Shown here: in pieces, positions 61,456 through 64,000 of the stretch | Layout of the letters: each line of letters starts with the position of its first letter | Position numbering within the stretch: position 1 is the first letter of the stretch | The notes under the pieces: model-generated | What the model was told of the DNA's origin: nothing | Databases searched by the model: none | What the model saw: the letters and a program-made list of their open reading frames with translations, nothing else | Program-made: the position numbers and the translations under genes | NCBI GenBank assembly: GCA_043228905.1 | Contig: JBHGNT010000012.1 | Location: forward strand, 1,922,001 to 1,986,000 | DNA from: Azolla caroliniana | Taxonomy: Eukaryota; Plantae; Polypodiophyta | Reading direction: 5' to 3' | DNA length: 64,000 bases

Positions 61456-63110
61456 GTCACGTACACACCAACTGCGGACTCGGATGGAACATGGATGACA
61501 AGGCTACGAGGAACTTAAGAAGCTAGGCTCCTGGATAACATGTGTTGCCGCAAGCCGTGTGATGTATTGCTTGGCGACATGTGTTCACGATCACATGCTT
61601 GGCTACATTCGCAAAGCCAAGACGCTGAAGGAGGCATGGGAAAATCTACGAAAGATTTTCGCGGCTAACACAACCGCAAGAAGACTTCAACTCCGCCAAG
61701 AGTTGAACAACATTCAACAAAGGGACATGTCCATCAAGACATACACCTTGAAGATCAAGGAGCTTTGCGACTCTCTCGGCTCAATAAGCGTAAATATCGA
61801 TGATGATGAGATGGTGCAAATATGCCTCGGCAGCCTCACACCACGGTTCGGCGTGATGCGAACCACCGTTTTTGCAAGGGAGAAATCTCCCTCCTTCGAG
61901 CTCGAACAAGGAGCAATGAGTTGGAAGGCCACATGCTCTACACACACTCGAACGGAGGAAGAGGACGCAGACGAGCAAGAGGCCGATTCGGCCAAGGACA
62001 AGGCGGACGAGGTCCGACCTATGACAACAATTCCCAATTTCGGCCGCAAAACGGAAGCCAACGAGGAACCTTCGCAAGAAAGGGGAGCTTCCACTCCAGC
62101 CCGAGCCATCAAAACGCAACCGAATGCGGATATTGCGGAAAGCTCGGGCACCACGAAGAAGAGTGCCGAAAGAAGATGCGCGAATCGGCTTCCACAAGCT
62201 GAAAACTCACGAATTACACGCACAATTCCAACTACGAAGAGTATAGCGGAATGAATGGGCACAACTCCAACTACGAAGATCGTGGCGGAATGTATGCACA
62301 CAACTCCGACCGTGGTGGAATGTTCATGATGAAACATAGAGCAAACTCTATGTCGGCCTCTACCTTAACTAGTGCCCTCAATCCGGAGGACGTATGGTTT
62401 GTTGACTCCGGTGCCTCAAACCATATGACATCTCATAAAGAATGGTTTCTCAAACTTCGAGAGCCAGAGCGACCCGACTATGTCGAAACTGGAGATGATA
62501 CTACGCACCCGATTTGGCACATCGGCAATGTTCCGTTCGGCGAAAGAGGTAAGCAAACATACATTAAAAATGTCTTGCATGTTCCCACCATCACGAAGAA
62601 TTTGGTCTCGGTCGGCCAAATGGTTGAGCAAGGGATGCAAGTACGATTCGACCAAGAAGGGTGCTTCATCGAAAAAGAGGGCCGAATCATCGCACACGGA
62701 AGAAGAGAGGGCCGGATGTTCATTCTCGATTCACACGAGATGAAATCCGCCATGTTCGCAAAAAGCACAAAAGCCGACTCCGACATAGAGCTATGGCACA
62801 AGCGAATCAATCACATCAATCTCAACAAACTCAAAGCAATGAAATTGAAAGGAGTCGTCATCGGACTCCCAACATTCAAAGAGAAGGAGATTGAAGGTGT
62901 ATGCGAAGTGTGCTAATTCGGCAAGCAACACCGACACCCATTCCCGAAAGAGCGGAATGTGAGCAAAGGTCTACTCGACGTAGTCCATTCCGACGTATGG
63001 GGACCGGTGCAGATGACTACATTCGGCGGAAGCCGATATTACGTGCTCTTCATCGACGACTTCTCCAGGCACACGTGGCTCTATCCGATGCGGCAAAAGA
63101 GCGAAGTAAC
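61456..63110 (+). mobile_element. Truncated Ty1/copia internal fragment: gag, zinc knuckle, protease, GAG-pre-integrase, start of integrase
   Basis: KEAWENLRKIF..RLQLRQEL, CGYCGKLGHHEEEC, WFVDSGASNHMT, KNLVSVGQ, LWHKRINH..CEVC, VHSDVWGP..YYVLFIDDFSR. Contains a 39-bp tandem repeat at ~62220-62320. No LTR pair seen. Confidence 0.88.
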
Positions 63111-63491
63111 ACGTTCGCGTTCACAAGTGGAAGGATTGCGCATTCCACTTGTAGAATCTTCTTGAAACTATCCAAATACACCCTCTCTACAAAAATTGGA
63201 TGCACTAGTATCACATGTTCCTCAACTTGATTAGAATTTGCAAATATAAAAATACATGATAGGTCTATGAGTGGAGATCATTAGAAATCATGCAAATTTG
63301 GACGTGTTGATAAGTTAATGTAGGCATAATAAAGTTCAACAATGGCTCAATATGTCACTAATGTGCGACAAGGGAAACACTAAGTTAAAGACTTATATTG
63401 ATTTGGTAAGTTTTACAAAAATATGAGGTGTACTTGTATCCATACTAATAAAATGAGTTATAATTTATACTTTGACCCATACGTGCATGTA

Positions 63492-64000
63492 CAGTAGACA
63501 TTCGGTTAAGTGCGTGTCCACTTAAGTAAACCATTATATTAAGTGCGCTTTTTTTAGAGGTCAAAATCCAGATAAAAAAAATTCCATTATTTCAAGATGA
63601 AATTACATCAGACCAAATAGAAAATTGTTCCAAACATTTAGAAAACAACAAAATGATCAACAAAAATATGATTTTCAGTCTTTCTCTACTTCATACCAAT
63701 ATCACGTAAGGTCATTTGCCTACTTTTAACGATACGCTTAGAAACAATGGCAGAATTTGTTTCTTGAATGATTCGACGAGCACTTGATAAAGCTGATTGT
63801 ACTTGCTTTGCTTTTTCGGAACTCAAGTAAGTTGTTGTTGTGATTGAATTTAGCTTGAGTTCACAATCAACAATATCTTTCAAGAGTTAAGAAATAATCA
63901 CATCTTCTTCCTTTAAGCATCCATGCATGTCTTGAATCTCAACAAACTCAGAATCTGAATTGTTTTCATCATATGCAAGTGGTTCATTGGCATTAGAAGC
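63492..64000 (-). mobile_element. Probable end of a pogo/Tigger-like (Tc1/mariner) DNA transposon extending beyond the window
   Basis: TA|CAGTAGACATTCGGTTAAGTGCG resembles pogo-type TIRs with a TA target. Minus-strand ORF 63686-63883 ends in ..KSRQMTLRDIG, like pogo-family C-termini. The second TIR is not in the window. Confidence 0.45.

Overview
Eukaryotic, intron-bearing plant genomic DNA. The gene and TE repertoire (PLS-class PPR gene, Tcn1-like and Phygy-like Ty3 elements) suggests a non-seed plant such as a fern, which is an inference. Four host genes are present: an intronless PLS-E PPR gene (2334-4346 +), a 3-exon HIPP gene lacking the CxxC metal motif (6380-7418 +), an intronless divergent mRNA cap guanine-N7 methyltransferase (20108-21172 -) and a multi-exon ENTH/epsin gene (50358-54272 -). 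The rest is nested TEs: four L1-type LINEs plus a truncated copy, two full-length Ty3 LTR elements, four solo LTRs, hAT-type MITEs, a copia fragment and a probable pogo end. Highlights: (1) the chromovirus LTRs and a related solo LTR carry an antisense tRNA-like Pol III A/B-box cassette, although the element appears to self-prime (Tf1-type); (2) the methyltransferase gene lies in the loop of an inverted duplication (arms ~3.1 and ~2.3 kb) whose junctions look like template switching; (3) the Phygy-like element has a -1 frameshift signal after the protease, and its family shows an apparent CACGS target preference; (4) a LINE 5' UTR has a 43-bp array of TCP sites. All calls were made by eye; no searches were run.
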